IMG/VR virus record: IMGVR_UViG_3300020215_000003
Direction: 5' to 3' (one strand)
Source: an uncultured virus (IMG/VR IMGVR_UViG_3300020215_000003)
Taxonomy: Duplodnaviria > Heunggongvirae > Uroviricota > Caudoviricetes
Length of the DNA: 64,000 bases
Made by a program: the position numbers and the translations under genes. The notes under the pieces were generated by a model. The model did not search any database, was not told the DNA's origin, and was given only the letters and a program-made list of their open reading frames with translations. Below, in pieces: positions 53,488-62,265 of the stretch. Numbering within the stretch: position 1 is the stretch's first letter; each line of letters starts with the position of its first letter.

Positions 53488-55730
53488 TGGAGAGCTTTGC
53501 CGAGACGCCTGAAGGGCTGTTGTTCGTGGCCAACGGCTTCGACCCCGTGCAGCGCTGGGATGGGCTCACGGGGCAGATGGAAGCGGTGGGTCTGACTGCG
53601 CCCACAGTGGCTCCGGTCATGGCCAAGTCCGGCACCGGGGCAATCGTGGGCGACTACTACGCCTACTTGCGCTACGTGGACCGCTTTGGGCTGGTCTCGA
53701 ATCTCTCTCCGATCTCCAACCTCCTGACGATCTCCGCTGCGTCAGGCAACGTCACAGGGGCCACAAACAAGACCCCCATCAGGATCACCACGGAGGCGGC
53801 GCACGGTTTGTCCTCGGGGGCCACGGTCAAGATCAGCGGAGTCGGGGGGAATACGGCAGCCAATGGGACCTGGACGATCACGGTGAAGTCCTCGACGACC
53901 TTCGACCTGCGCCGAAGCTCGGGGAATGGCACGTACACGGGCAGCGGGGAATGGCAGAGCGGGGCGGGGACGATCACCTTCTCCTCTCTTCAGGTTCCAA
54001 CGGACTCCAAGGTGGTGCGCCGCCAAATCCTGCGCAACACCGACGGCCAGACGACGACGTTCTACGTGGACCTGGACACGACGGACCTCACGAGCACCTC
54101 CCTGACCTCAACGAAGGATGACGACACCCTTTCCGCGAGAACCTCGCAGGCGCTTCTGGGCCTCAATGGAAATGCCCTGGCCAACCGGCATAACATTCCG
54201 CCGAACCACAAGGCAGTTCTGGCGCATCACCTGAACCGGATGTTTCTGTTTGTCGAGAAGGAATACAGCCAGGGCATGGCCAAGGTGACGTTCGGCTCGA
54301 CCACAGTAACAGGGGTCGGGACCAAGTGGACCTCCAGCATGGCCTCGCGCGTACTCTACATCGTGGGGGCCACCCGAAGCTACACGATCAGCTCGGTCAA
54401 CTCGACGGCTCAGACTCTGACCCTGAGCTCCGCTTATCAGGACCCCACTGATGAGTTCGCGGCCTACGCGATCTTCTCTGCGCCCGCAGAACGCAAGACC
54501 CTCTACTGGTCTGAGGCTAACCTGCCCGAGTCCTGGCCTCCCGTGAACGCAGCCACCATTCAGGAGGACGGGGACGAAGGGACTGGCTTAATGCCGATGC
54601 GCTCGTTCCTCTACATCCTGGAGCGACGACATATCTACAAGCTGAGCTTCGCCGAGGACCCAGCGCTGGACGGGGAAATCTACCTCGCTGCCAACCGTGG
54701 GTGCATCAACAACCGTTGTTGGGTGCAGGTCGATGACGTGGCGTACATGCTCGACGAGTTCGGGGTCCACAAGTTTGTCGGCAACGCAGAATCCGAGCAC
54801 CTCTCGACCCCTGTGCAGCCTTTGTTCGGCACCGATCAGGAGGACTCGCCCTGGAAGATCAACTGGCGGGCCAGCGAATACTTCCACGCAGTTCTCTACC
54901 GGCCTCAAGAGACGATTCGCTGGTTCGTGACTCTTTCAGGGATGGGCACGCCCAGACATGCGCTGGTCTACAACTACCGCCTTCAGCGGTGGTGGCTTGA
55001 AGAGTACCCCGAACCAATCGGTGGCTCCTGTCTTGGTCAAGTGAGCAACGTGACGGAGATGTTCCTGGGGGGCGCGAGCAAGAAGGTCTATGCGTTCTGG
55101 AAGCGGACCACGGACATCGTGAACCCCGGCGCCGGGACGGTACGAGGCACAGTGACGTCAAGCGGAGTCCTGTCGATCACGGATACTCAGGCGACGTTTC
55201 CTACATGTCTCAACGCGCCTCTGGCGATCGTGCATGGCACGGGTAAGGGTCAGGTCAGGAAGATCGTGGCGCAGTCGGGGACGACTCTCACGGTGGATCA
55301 GCCTTGGCTGGTGAGGCCGGACACGACGAGCGTTTACCAGATCGGGGGGATTTCCTGGAAGTTCAAGACCGGCTGGTTCCGTTTGAGTCACGCTCCTGAG
55401 ATGGAGGACCGGCAGCTTGAGATTGCGTTTGGGCCCACGGTGGACCCGGCGATCATGGACATGCGCCTGTTCTACAACTTCCAAGCTACCGCTGAGTACC
55501 AGCAAGTAAGGCACTCGAAGGATTCTGGTGGAGGAATCGAAACGATAAAGAACGACCCGATTCTGTCGATCCACATGGACAACGACGATACGGGGCTTGT
55601 GGTTCACAAGCTTCCGGGGACCAGAGAGCATCTGAGCCGGGGCAAGAAGTTCAGCCAGGTCGAGTTGTCTGGGGTGACGAACAAGGACGAAGTGATCGTG
55701 CGTCAGCTTCAGTACGACGGGGTGCAGTGA
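53487..55730 (+). CDS. Tail nozzle / DNA stabilization protein (tail tubular B-like)
   Basis: 747 aa; ANGFD...RWDG...GL.AP, NRMF, LYWSE...PESWP, GC...R and YNY...RW; upstream of the ejection-protein genes. Confidence 0.75.
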   Translation: MESFAETPEGLLFVANGFDPVQRWDGLTGQMEAVGLTAPTVAPVMAKSGTGAIVGDYYAYLRYVDRFGLVSNLSPISNLLTISAASGNVTGATNKTPIRITTEAAHGLSSGATVKISGVGGNTAANGTWTITVKSSTTFDLRRSSGNGTYTGSGEWQSGAGTITFSSLQVPTDSKVVRRQILRNTDGQTTTFYVDLDTTDLTSTSLTSTKDDDTLSARTSQALLGLNGNALANRHNIPPNHKAVLAHHLNRMFLFVEKEYSQGMAKVTFGSTTVTGVGTKWTSSMASRVLYIVGATRSYTISSVNSTAQTLTLSSAYQDPTDEFAAYAIFSAPAERKTLYWSEANLPESWPPVNAATIQEDGDEGTGLMPMRSFLYILERRHIYKLSFAEDPALDGEIYLAANRGCINNRCWVQVDDVAYMLDEFGVHKFVGNAESEHLSTPVQPLFGTDQEDSPWKINWRASEYFHAVLYRPQETIRWFVTLSGMGTPRHALVYNYRLQRWWLEEYPEPIGGSCLGQVSNVTEMFLGGASKKVYAFWKRTTDIVNPGAGTVRGTVTSSGVLSITDTQATFPTCLNAPLAIVHGTGKGQVRKIVAQSGTTLTVDQPWLVRPDTTSVYQIGGISWKFKTGWFRLSHAPEMEDRQLEIAFGPTVDPAIMDMRLFYNFQATAEYQQVRHSKDSGGGIETIKNDPILSIHMDNDDTGLVVHKLPGTREHLSRGKKFSQVELSGVTNKDEVIVRQLQYDGVQ

Positions 55731-56218
55731 TGTTCGCACAGCAGCGCATTCGCCTTCTGCGCGAGGAGAAATGGACGCCTGACGAACTGGCGCGAGAGAT
55801 CTACGCCATGATGGGGCCGGATGTTCCCCTTGAGCATCACGGCCAGATCACGCTTCATGCCCCGGCGAACGGCGCGCCTCTGGTCATCAAGGGTCTTGCG
55901 GTGGGAGACGTGATTATCCAGTTACCCAATCGAGAGGGAGCGGTGGAAGATGACGACGCCCCGGTGCTCGACGTGGTGGCTGCGGAAACGGACAGCACAA
56001 CCGAAAACCAACGGACCGGGATCGCCGGGGAGATTCTGTCTGGGACGCACCCGGACTACTCCGTGCGGATTTACCCCGAAGGGCTGTCGGCAGATACCGA
56101 AACCGTGACCGTTAAACAGCTATCCGGTGTCTCTGGGGTGGCGCTGCAAGCGGGAACCTGGGTCATCGTCTACGTGGACGTGAACGGGGACTACTTCATG
56201 AACGTGCCGGTGTGGTGA
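55727..56218 (+). CDS. Hypothetical virion protein
   Basis: Coupled ORF. Confidence 0.6.
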   Translation: MMFAQQRIRLLREEKWTPDELAREIYAMMGPDVPLEHHGQITLHAPANGAPLVIKGLAVGDVIIQLPNREGAVEDDDAPVLDVVAAETDSTTENQRTGIAGEILSGTHPDYSVRIYPEGLSADTETVTVKQLSGVSGVALQAGTWVIVYVDVNGDYFMNVPVW

Positions 56219-57103
56219 ATGGCAGGTACATGGGAAGGACGAAAGCTGTTTCTCCCCTCACGCAAACTGGTGACGGGGAGCCTGAGCAAGACCTACACCC
56301 TGAACGACGGTGCGGGCACGGTCTCCGTGACGATGCAGAACATGCAGCCGACCATTGCTTTCGACTGGACCGGGCGTCAGGTCGGTCTCGACACAGACAT
56401 CGCGTTCTATCCCTTGGCCTGGCTGAGGTCGAACGTAACCATCGGAGGCTCGGACACGGATGCGGGGGGCGGGGCGAAGCTCCCAAACGTGGTGATCTTC
56501 AACACCGACCCCTTCGGAGCGATTGCCGAAGGCCTCGGGGACATTGCTTCGAACCTGGCGCGCTTGGACGTGTTTGCGTCCCTGCCGCAGTTCACCTACG
56601 GGAGCCACAACCAGGAATGGATGAGCACCTCGCTCTACCAGACCGACTACACCGTGGTCTCCGACACCGCAGTCCTGGCTCCGGGGTCCTACGGGAACCT
56701 CGTGAAGCAAGTGACGGCCTCGCACTGGATCGGGGGCAACGTGATCGAGCTGATCGCCATGACTCCCCAGGTCACAGGCAAAACCACGGGCTATGCCCTG
56801 CACGTGAACGCAAGCGGCACCTGGAGAACAGCGGACGCGGTGAACATGATAAGCGCGGCGCGGAGTCAGAGGTCGGCGAACATGGCGCGCTTCAATCGGT
56901 TCAAGACGGTGGTCTTGTACTACGATCCGTCAACGAGCACTCTTCCAACGGGGTTCCCGACGAGCATCACCCGGACGAGGAACGAGGACATCACGGACGC
57001 GACCAGCGAGGCGGATTTCGTGTACTGCGGGGCCTTCAGTGTGGCGGATGGAAACATGCGGCGTGAGGTCAGAAACAGGGTGGCGAGCTTCTTCGGAGTG
57101 TAA
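56219..57103 (+). CDS. Hypothetical virion protein
   Basis: 294-aa ORF abutting the previous gene. Confidence 0.65.
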   Translation: MAGTWEGRKLFLPSRKLVTGSLSKTYTLNDGAGTVSVTMQNMQPTIAFDWTGRQVGLDTDIAFYPLAWLRSNVTIGGSDTDAGGGAKLPNVVIFNTDPFGAIAEGLGDIASNLARLDVFASLPQFTYGSHNQEWMSTSLYQTDYTVVSDTAVLAPGSYGNLVKQVTASHWIGGNVIELIAMTPQVTGKTTGYALHVNASGTWRTADAVNMISAARSQRSANMARFNRFKTVVLYYDPSTSTLPTGFPTSITRTRNEDITDATSEADFVYCGAFSVADGNMRREVRNRVASFFGV

Positions 57104-57114
57104 AGGGGGCGATC

Positions 57115-58428
57115 ATGTACGGCGGTGGCGCATTCGGCGGCGGTGGCGGGTTTGGCATGGCTGGCTCTTACGGCGGGGGCAGCCGCGCAGGGTCTAGCTA
57201 CGGCTCCTACGGTGGCGGTTCCACCAGTTTCAGTTCTGCCCCGAGATCCTCTTCGTACTACGGCTACAGCCACGGCACTCCGGGGGCGCGGCCGAGTTCA
57301 CATGCTGGGGTCATGGGGGGCATCAGCCCGAGTGCCACGGCTTCGTCGCTCTTGGGGTCGATGGGTCCTGGAAGAGCCGGGAGCAGTCTTGGATGGAGCA
57401 TGCTCGGTCACATGGGGCCAGGGGTCTCTCCTGCCTCGGCGCTGGCCTCAGCGGTACGCGGGTCAATCCTGACGACTCCGGGAGAGGCACGCGGAGCGGT
57501 GAGCGGACTCACCACGCGACCGACTCCAGGACCGACGACCGCCAGCATCCGCGCTCGCGGGTCGGCTGGTGGCTCGGCCGGTGGCGGATCATCCGGTGGC
57601 GGAGGTGGTGGCACGGTGACTCCTCCCTCTCCGGTTGGAGGGCCCGTGGACAGCCGCGGCAAGGGAAAGGCTGCAGGCAAAGCGAGTGCTGGCAAGACGG
57701 CCAGTGGGAAGTCTGTCCTCTCGCAGGCTGTTGAGTCAGGCGCTGGGTGGTCGAACACGGCTGGTTGGGCACCGAGCTATTCGACGCCTTTGACGGAGCT
57801 GAACGCGAAGCAGCAGAACACGATGGACCTGGTGAGCTACCTCAACACCCTCTCCAGCCCGGCGGACTACAACCCGTATGTGGGTTGGGTTGCAGCCATG
57901 GGGCGGGAGCCGACTCTTGATTCGTATTCCCCAGAGGCGTTCAACGCTCGTCTGGACAACATGAAGGCCATGGGCCGACCGGCCCCGAGTGGGCCACTCT
58001 TCAGCGGGGTCAGCCCCTTCGATCAAACGGCCTGGGACGACCACCTCGCCAGGGCGGGTCAGCGCGGGGCGCACAACTGGGAGATGGTGCCGATCCCGTG
58101 GGCGCCGGGGCAGTACAGCAGCGTTGCTCAGGTGTTCGACAGTTATATGGCCATGCAGCCAGACTTGGCGCAAGCCAGGACAATGGCCCAGCCGTACCTC
58201 GGGACCGCCCCCGCCCCGCGCACGGGCGTGGAGGCACGCACAGAGCCGGCCTACGACGTCCCGGGCTACACCGTGACGGACGAAAACCCGCTCATTCAGG
58301 CGCTGAATCCCGGCACGCCGGCCCCAGCAGCGGCTCCAATGGCCCCGAGCATGCCGCCCAAGCAGCCGACGGCTGGTCCGACTCAGCCGCGTGGGCGGAA
58401 TCGTGGTATAACGCAGACAAAGAAATAA
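57115..58428 (+). CDS. Gly/Ser-rich putative ejection (pilot) protein
   Basis: Low-complexity G/S N-terminal half; position after the nozzle gene. Confidence 0.55.
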   Translation: MYGGGAFGGGGGFGMAGSYGGGSRAGSSYGSYGGGSTSFSSAPRSSSYYGYSHGTPGARPSSHAGVMGGISPSATASSLLGSMGPGRAGSSLGWSMLGHMGPGVSPASALASAVRGSILTTPGEARGAVSGLTTRPTPGPTTASIRARGSAGGSAGGGSSGGGGGGTVTPPSPVGGPVDSRGKGKAAGKASAGKTASGKSVLSQAVESGAGWSNTAGWAPSYSTPLTELNAKQQNTMDLVSYLNTLSSPADYNPYVGWVAAMGREPTLDSYSPEAFNARLDNMKAMGRPAPSGPLFSGVSPFDQTAWDDHLARAGQRGAHNWEMVPIPWAPGQYSSVAQVFDSYMAMQPDLAQARTMAQPYLGTAPAPRTGVEARTEPAYDVPGYTVTDENPLIQALNPGTPAPAAAPMAPSMPPKQPTAGPTQPRGRNRGITQTKK

Positions 58429-58438
58429 GGTGATCTGA

Positions 58439-58807
58439 ATGGACCTGGAGAAGCTAACTCCGGCACCGTGGTCGTCAAATGTTCCTTCCGGCAATGAAAC
58501 GGAAGCCGTGTTCGCCTCTGGAAAGATGATCCTGGAGTGCATCGTTAACCGCCACTACCAAACGTGTGAGGCGGATGCCGAGTTCATCGCCCTTGCCCGC
58601 AATGCCTTCGACGTGATGATGCGGCGAAAGTGGTGGGTAGAGCCGATTGGAGGAGGCGATCTCGGCTGGGCGGTGTTTGAAGAGGTCGAGCGGGACGGCA
58701 ACTTGCGCCACCCTCCCGTGTGGATGGAAGCCGACCCGGCGTTTGACCCTTTCACAGCCCTCGTCGAAGCGGACAAGTGGTACAAAGCAAACGTCGAAAA
58801 GAGGTGA
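58439..58807 (+). CDS. Hypothetical protein, paralog 3, inserted among ejection genes
   Basis: DLEKLTPAPW, EFIALARNAFDVMMRRKW and DPFTALVEADKWYKANVE. Confidence 0.75.
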   Translation: MDLEKLTPAPWSSNVPSGNETEAVFASGKMILECIVNRHYQTCEADAEFIALARNAFDVMMRRKWWVEPIGGGDLGWAVFEEVERDGNLRHPPVWMEADPAFDPFTALVEADKWYKANVEKR

Positions 58808-59434
58808 GTGATGTTTTCCGGATCTTCTTCATGGACCTTTCCGACTGGTGGTGGGTGGGCGGCGGGGACTCCTCCCTTGCACGGCATGCCCGCGCCGATG
58901 CATTACCTTCACCCTCGGGGGGTCTTGGGACACTCGATGGACCGGGCGGAACTCGACAACGCCCGCACCGCGAATGAGCTGGCCAAAGCCCAAGAAGCAA
59001 GGCGCGCCCAAGCCTTCGGGATGCTCTCGAAGCACGTCTCGGGGGGCAGAAGTGGCGGGGATGGCCCACGACCCAACATCGACACGAATCCGATCTGGGA
59101 CACGCGCATGACCCAGCAGATGGTCAACTCTGCCCGGGCCTACAACGACCAGCGCACCGGGACCGCAGTGGCCGACATGGAGGAGAGTACCGCTGCACGA
59201 GGGTTTGGGCCGCAGTCTCCCCTCATTCAGGCGCTGCGGACCAATCTTGCGATGCAGAACATGGCTGCCAATTCCCAAGCGGGGACGGACATCCGCATGC
59301 GGACGACTGGGGAGAACGCTTCCCACCGTTTGGCGGCGCAGAAGGCGTATGAAGAAGAGATCACCCGCCGAAGGGCGATCGAGCAGGAAGAGTACAACGC
59401 GCTGTTACAGGCGCTCATGGGGTTCGCAGCATAA
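58808..59434 (+). CDS. Putative ejection protein
   Basis: A/Q/R-rich helical composition, AARGFG..S; position. Confidence 0.55.
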   Translation: MMFSGSSSWTFPTGGGWAAGTPPLHGMPAPMHYLHPRGVLGHSMDRAELDNARTANELAKAQEARRAQAFGMLSKHVSGGRSGGDGPRPNIDTNPIWDTRMTQQMVNSARAYNDQRTGTAVADMEESTAARGFGPQSPLIQALRTNLAMQNMAANSQAGTDIRMRTTGENASHRLAAQKAYEEEITRRRAIEQEEYNALLQALMGFAA

Positions 59435-59446
59435 ATGGAGTGACCA

Positions 59447-60652
59447 ATGCCATACGGCAATCCTCTGGCATACGCGGCTGATTACGGGGTGGGGCAGACG
59501 CCGGCGCAGATGGACCGGCTTCAGCACCAAGCCCACTTCATGGGGCCGCTTCAGTATCCGGACCAAGAACAGTTGCGCGCCCGCTTGCATCAATGGTCGC
59601 AGATCATGAACCAGATGCAGCCAGTGGCGGAGCGCAACCAGCAGAGGCTCACGGAGCTGAACCGCGCCGCGCCTCCTGCCGCAGGGGGAGCAGGGCAGGC
59701 ACCCATCGTCGAGGACTACCCGAGTCAGGCTCCCCGGCAGGTGCCGCGCAACAACACAGCGCCCATTGGTGCCACCCCGCCTAATGTGCCTGGGAATCCG
59801 GTCATGGAGATGTGGGGCGGCAACGTCCCCTCTCCTGGGTTCTTCATGGGCGAGTTCCAGAACTACCAGGGCAACCCCTTCCACCGCTCGGATCGCCTGA
59901 TCCAAGAAGGGCGGAGGATGGACCTGTACCAGCACTTGCTCAACGCGGCCCAGCAGGCACAGCAGCACGGGGACGATTACCTTCAGCGGCAGCAGCGGCT
60001 GGACACGGACCGGCAGATCGGCATTGGGCAACTGGGGCTGGGGGCTGCGGAGCTGTTCGGCTCGAACGGCACTCCTGGGTCACTGGGCATGCGGGCAGCG
60101 GAGAACTCGCGCCGGGAGCGTGAGAGCAACTTCCAGATGTCGCCCGAAGGACTCGGGAGCGCAACGCTGTCGGCGATGCTGACGCGAGACGCCTCGGGGT
60201 CGGTGCAACCTCGGGACGTGGTGCCACTATTCCGGGAGTTGCTGGCGAACGGCAATGGACAGGGTGGTGGTACTGCCCAGCCGCCTCTTGTCCAAGAGAT
60301 GCGCCGGCGAATGACGCACACCCTCCCGGGTCAACCGCCGCAGCGCATGCCCCTGACGAGCTTCGTGTCGCAGGTCGCGGGCATTCCCGGGATGAACCTG
60401 AACGAGAACATCGCGGACGTGATCGAGTTCATGCAGCAGAACTACCCGGAGTTCAACAGTTGGATGGAGCAGAACAACTGGACGAACAACCCGCACAACC
60501 AAGCGCGGCGGCTGCTCATCGAAGCCATCAACTCACGTGCTCCGGGGGCTGCTCAGAGAATCGGCGGTTGGCCGCACGAGATTTACCGTCTGCCGCCTGA
60601 CATCATTCAGCGGCTGCGCGGGACGCAGCAGACGCCGTTGAACGCACGCTAG
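59447..60652 (+). CDS. Putative ejection protein
   Basis: Q/P/N-rich 401 aa; GGAG RBS. Confidence 0.55.
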   Translation: MPYGNPLAYAADYGVGQTPAQMDRLQHQAHFMGPLQYPDQEQLRARLHQWSQIMNQMQPVAERNQQRLTELNRAAPPAAGGAGQAPIVEDYPSQAPRQVPRNNTAPIGATPPNVPGNPVMEMWGGNVPSPGFFMGEFQNYQGNPFHRSDRLIQEGRRMDLYQHLLNAAQQAQQHGDDYLQRQQRLDTDRQIGIGQLGLGAAELFGSNGTPGSLGMRAAENSRRERESNFQMSPEGLGSATLSAMLTRDASGSVQPRDVVPLFRELLANGNGQGGGTAQPPLVQEMRRRMTHTLPGQPPQRMPLTSFVSQVAGIPGMNLNENIADVIEFMQQNYPEFNSWMEQNNWTNNPHNQARRLLIEAINSRAPGAAQRIGGWPHEIYRLPPDIIQRLRGTQQTPLNAR

Positions 60653-60828
60653 TCCCGAAAGCCGAGCCAGCCAATGCCGCAGACAGCGGCGGAAATGATA
60701 CCGGCGATGGCGATGCTGGCGAACAAGCCTGGTTCGGGAACTCCGAAGCCATTGCCGACGATGACAGCCACGGCGACCAGGAAGCCGCCGATGCCAAGGA
60801 TCAGGGAGTAACGCTGTCCGTTGTTCAT
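60649..60828 (-). CDS. Two-TM membrane protein, candidate superinfection-exclusion factor
   Basis: Opposite strand, two hydrophobic helices, own promoter. Confidence 0.6.
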   Translation of the reverse strand: MNNGQRYSLILGIGGFLVAVAVIVGNGFGVPEPGLFASIAIAGIISAAVCGIGWLGFRD

Positions 60829-60837
60829 CGCCCCCAA

Positions 60838-60867
60838 ATCCTAGCCCTTCTGCCGGAGGGAAGTCAA
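60838..60867 (-). promoter_or_regulatory. Sigma70-type promoter for the antisense membrane gene
   Basis: TTGACT-18 nt-TAGGAT, ending 9 nt before ATG 60828. Confidence 0.6.
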
Positions 60868-60869
60868 GT

Positions 60870-62258
60870 ATGCCTCAATACGCTGCACCAATCGAAGCCT
60901 TCGGCTCCCGCGCCGGGGGCGCGCTCGGAGCCACCACAGGCGCTACCTCGGGCGGATTTCTCGGCCGCCTCGGCGAGGTATTGTCCCCCCTCGATTGGCC
61001 TCGGAGGGCCGCAGCCAACCTGTTCGCCGCTCCTTCGCGGGCGATGGACACTGGGGACGCCTCGCACCTCTGGGGCGCGGTTCCGGGCGCGGCAGGGGCC
61101 GTCCTGGGTGGGGTAATGGGCGGGCCTCTGGGAATCCTCGTCGGCTCCCTCCTCGCCGGGGGACTACAGGGCATGGGCCAGGCCACGGGAAGCGAGGTGT
61201 TTGACGCGCCCAATGTCTCGGACCTGACGGGGACGGAGGACTTCGCGCCCAACCTTCTGGTGGGGATGCTCACGGACCCGCTCACGTTCGCCGGGGGGAT
61301 CGGAGGCGCAGCCGCAGGGGCCAAGACAGGGGGTAAGATCGGACGAGGTATCGGGGAATCGCTTGAGGCTGCAGCCAACTTCCGTGGACCTGCTTATCCC
61401 GGAGGGTTCGAGAAGATCGTCGAGGCCGTGCGCGCGGCCAATCCTTCTTTGACGGACGACGCGATCCGTCAGACCTACGGACACCTGGACAACCCGAGGC
61501 TCCTGGGCGAGATGCCGCCGCAGAGTTCATTCCTGGGCGAAGGGGTTGAGCGCACCGCATTTCTGCGCCCGGAGACCGAGGGAGGCGGGGTGCTCACGTT
61601 CGCCAAGAGCGATCCGAACTTCATCAACACTCATCATGGCGGGTTCGGCAAATCCGCTTACGAGGCTGGTCAACCACCCCCGACGCGCATCGACACGCCT
61701 CTCATGAACCCTGCGGTGCGCTCGGTGCCGGTTGGTCCAATCCGCGCAGAAGTTTCGCCGCAGCTCAAAACCGCGGATCAGGTCTACGAGGACATCACCG
61801 GATTCTCGATGGACACAGCCCCAACCTCGCCCACGATGAACAGCGCGGACTTCCAGGCGATGGAGCATCTGGCCAAAGCCCGCGTTGACATCATGGATGC
61901 GCTGGACCAGCAAGGCTTGCGGCCGGCGGACCTGCACTACGGCAACATCGGCCTTGGCCAGGAAGGGTGGAAGATCCTTGACCCAGGCTCTGTGCATCCG
62001 TGGGGCAAATCGGGGTTCGCGCCGCGCGTCCCCGAGATGGAAATGGAGGAGCCAGGCTTCATCAGCAATTTGCTGTTGCGCTTGCTCGGCTCGGACAAGG
62101 CCGTGAGACGGGAGATCATGGAGCAACTCGCGCGTCACGGCGAAGCTCCCCCGGTCAGGCTTCCCGGTGTAACGCCATTGCCCGACATGATGACGCCACG
62201 AGCTGAGCCGGTTACGCCGTTCTCGTCCAGCGCTATGACCCCACTTGCTCGCATGTGA
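60870..62258 (+). CDS. Putative ejection protein fused to a protein kinase-like domain
   Basis: Gly-rich hydrophobic N-terminus with DPLTF; C-terminal half has FLGEGVERTAF, DLHYGNIG and KILDPG. Confidence 0.7.
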   Translation: MPQYAAPIEAFGSRAGGALGATTGATSGGFLGRLGEVLSPLDWPRRAAANLFAAPSRAMDTGDASHLWGAVPGAAGAVLGGVMGGPLGILVGSLLAGGLQGMGQATGSEVFDAPNVSDLTGTEDFAPNLLVGMLTDPLTFAGGIGGAAAGAKTGGKIGRGIGESLEAAANFRGPAYPGGFEKIVEAVRAANPSLTDDAIRQTYGHLDNPRLLGEMPPQSSFLGEGVERTAFLRPETEGGGVLTFAKSDPNFINTHHGGFGKSAYEAGQPPPTRIDTPLMNPAVRSVPVGPIRAEVSPQLKTADQVYEDITGFSMDTAPTSPTMNSADFQAMEHLAKARVDIMDALDQQGLRPADLHYGNIGLGQEGWKILDPGSVHPWGKSGFAPRVPEMEMEEPGFISNLLLRLLGSDKAVRREIMEQLARHGEAPPVRLPGVTPLPDMMTPRAEPVTPFSSSAMTPLARM

Positions 62259-62265
62259 GGCTCTG

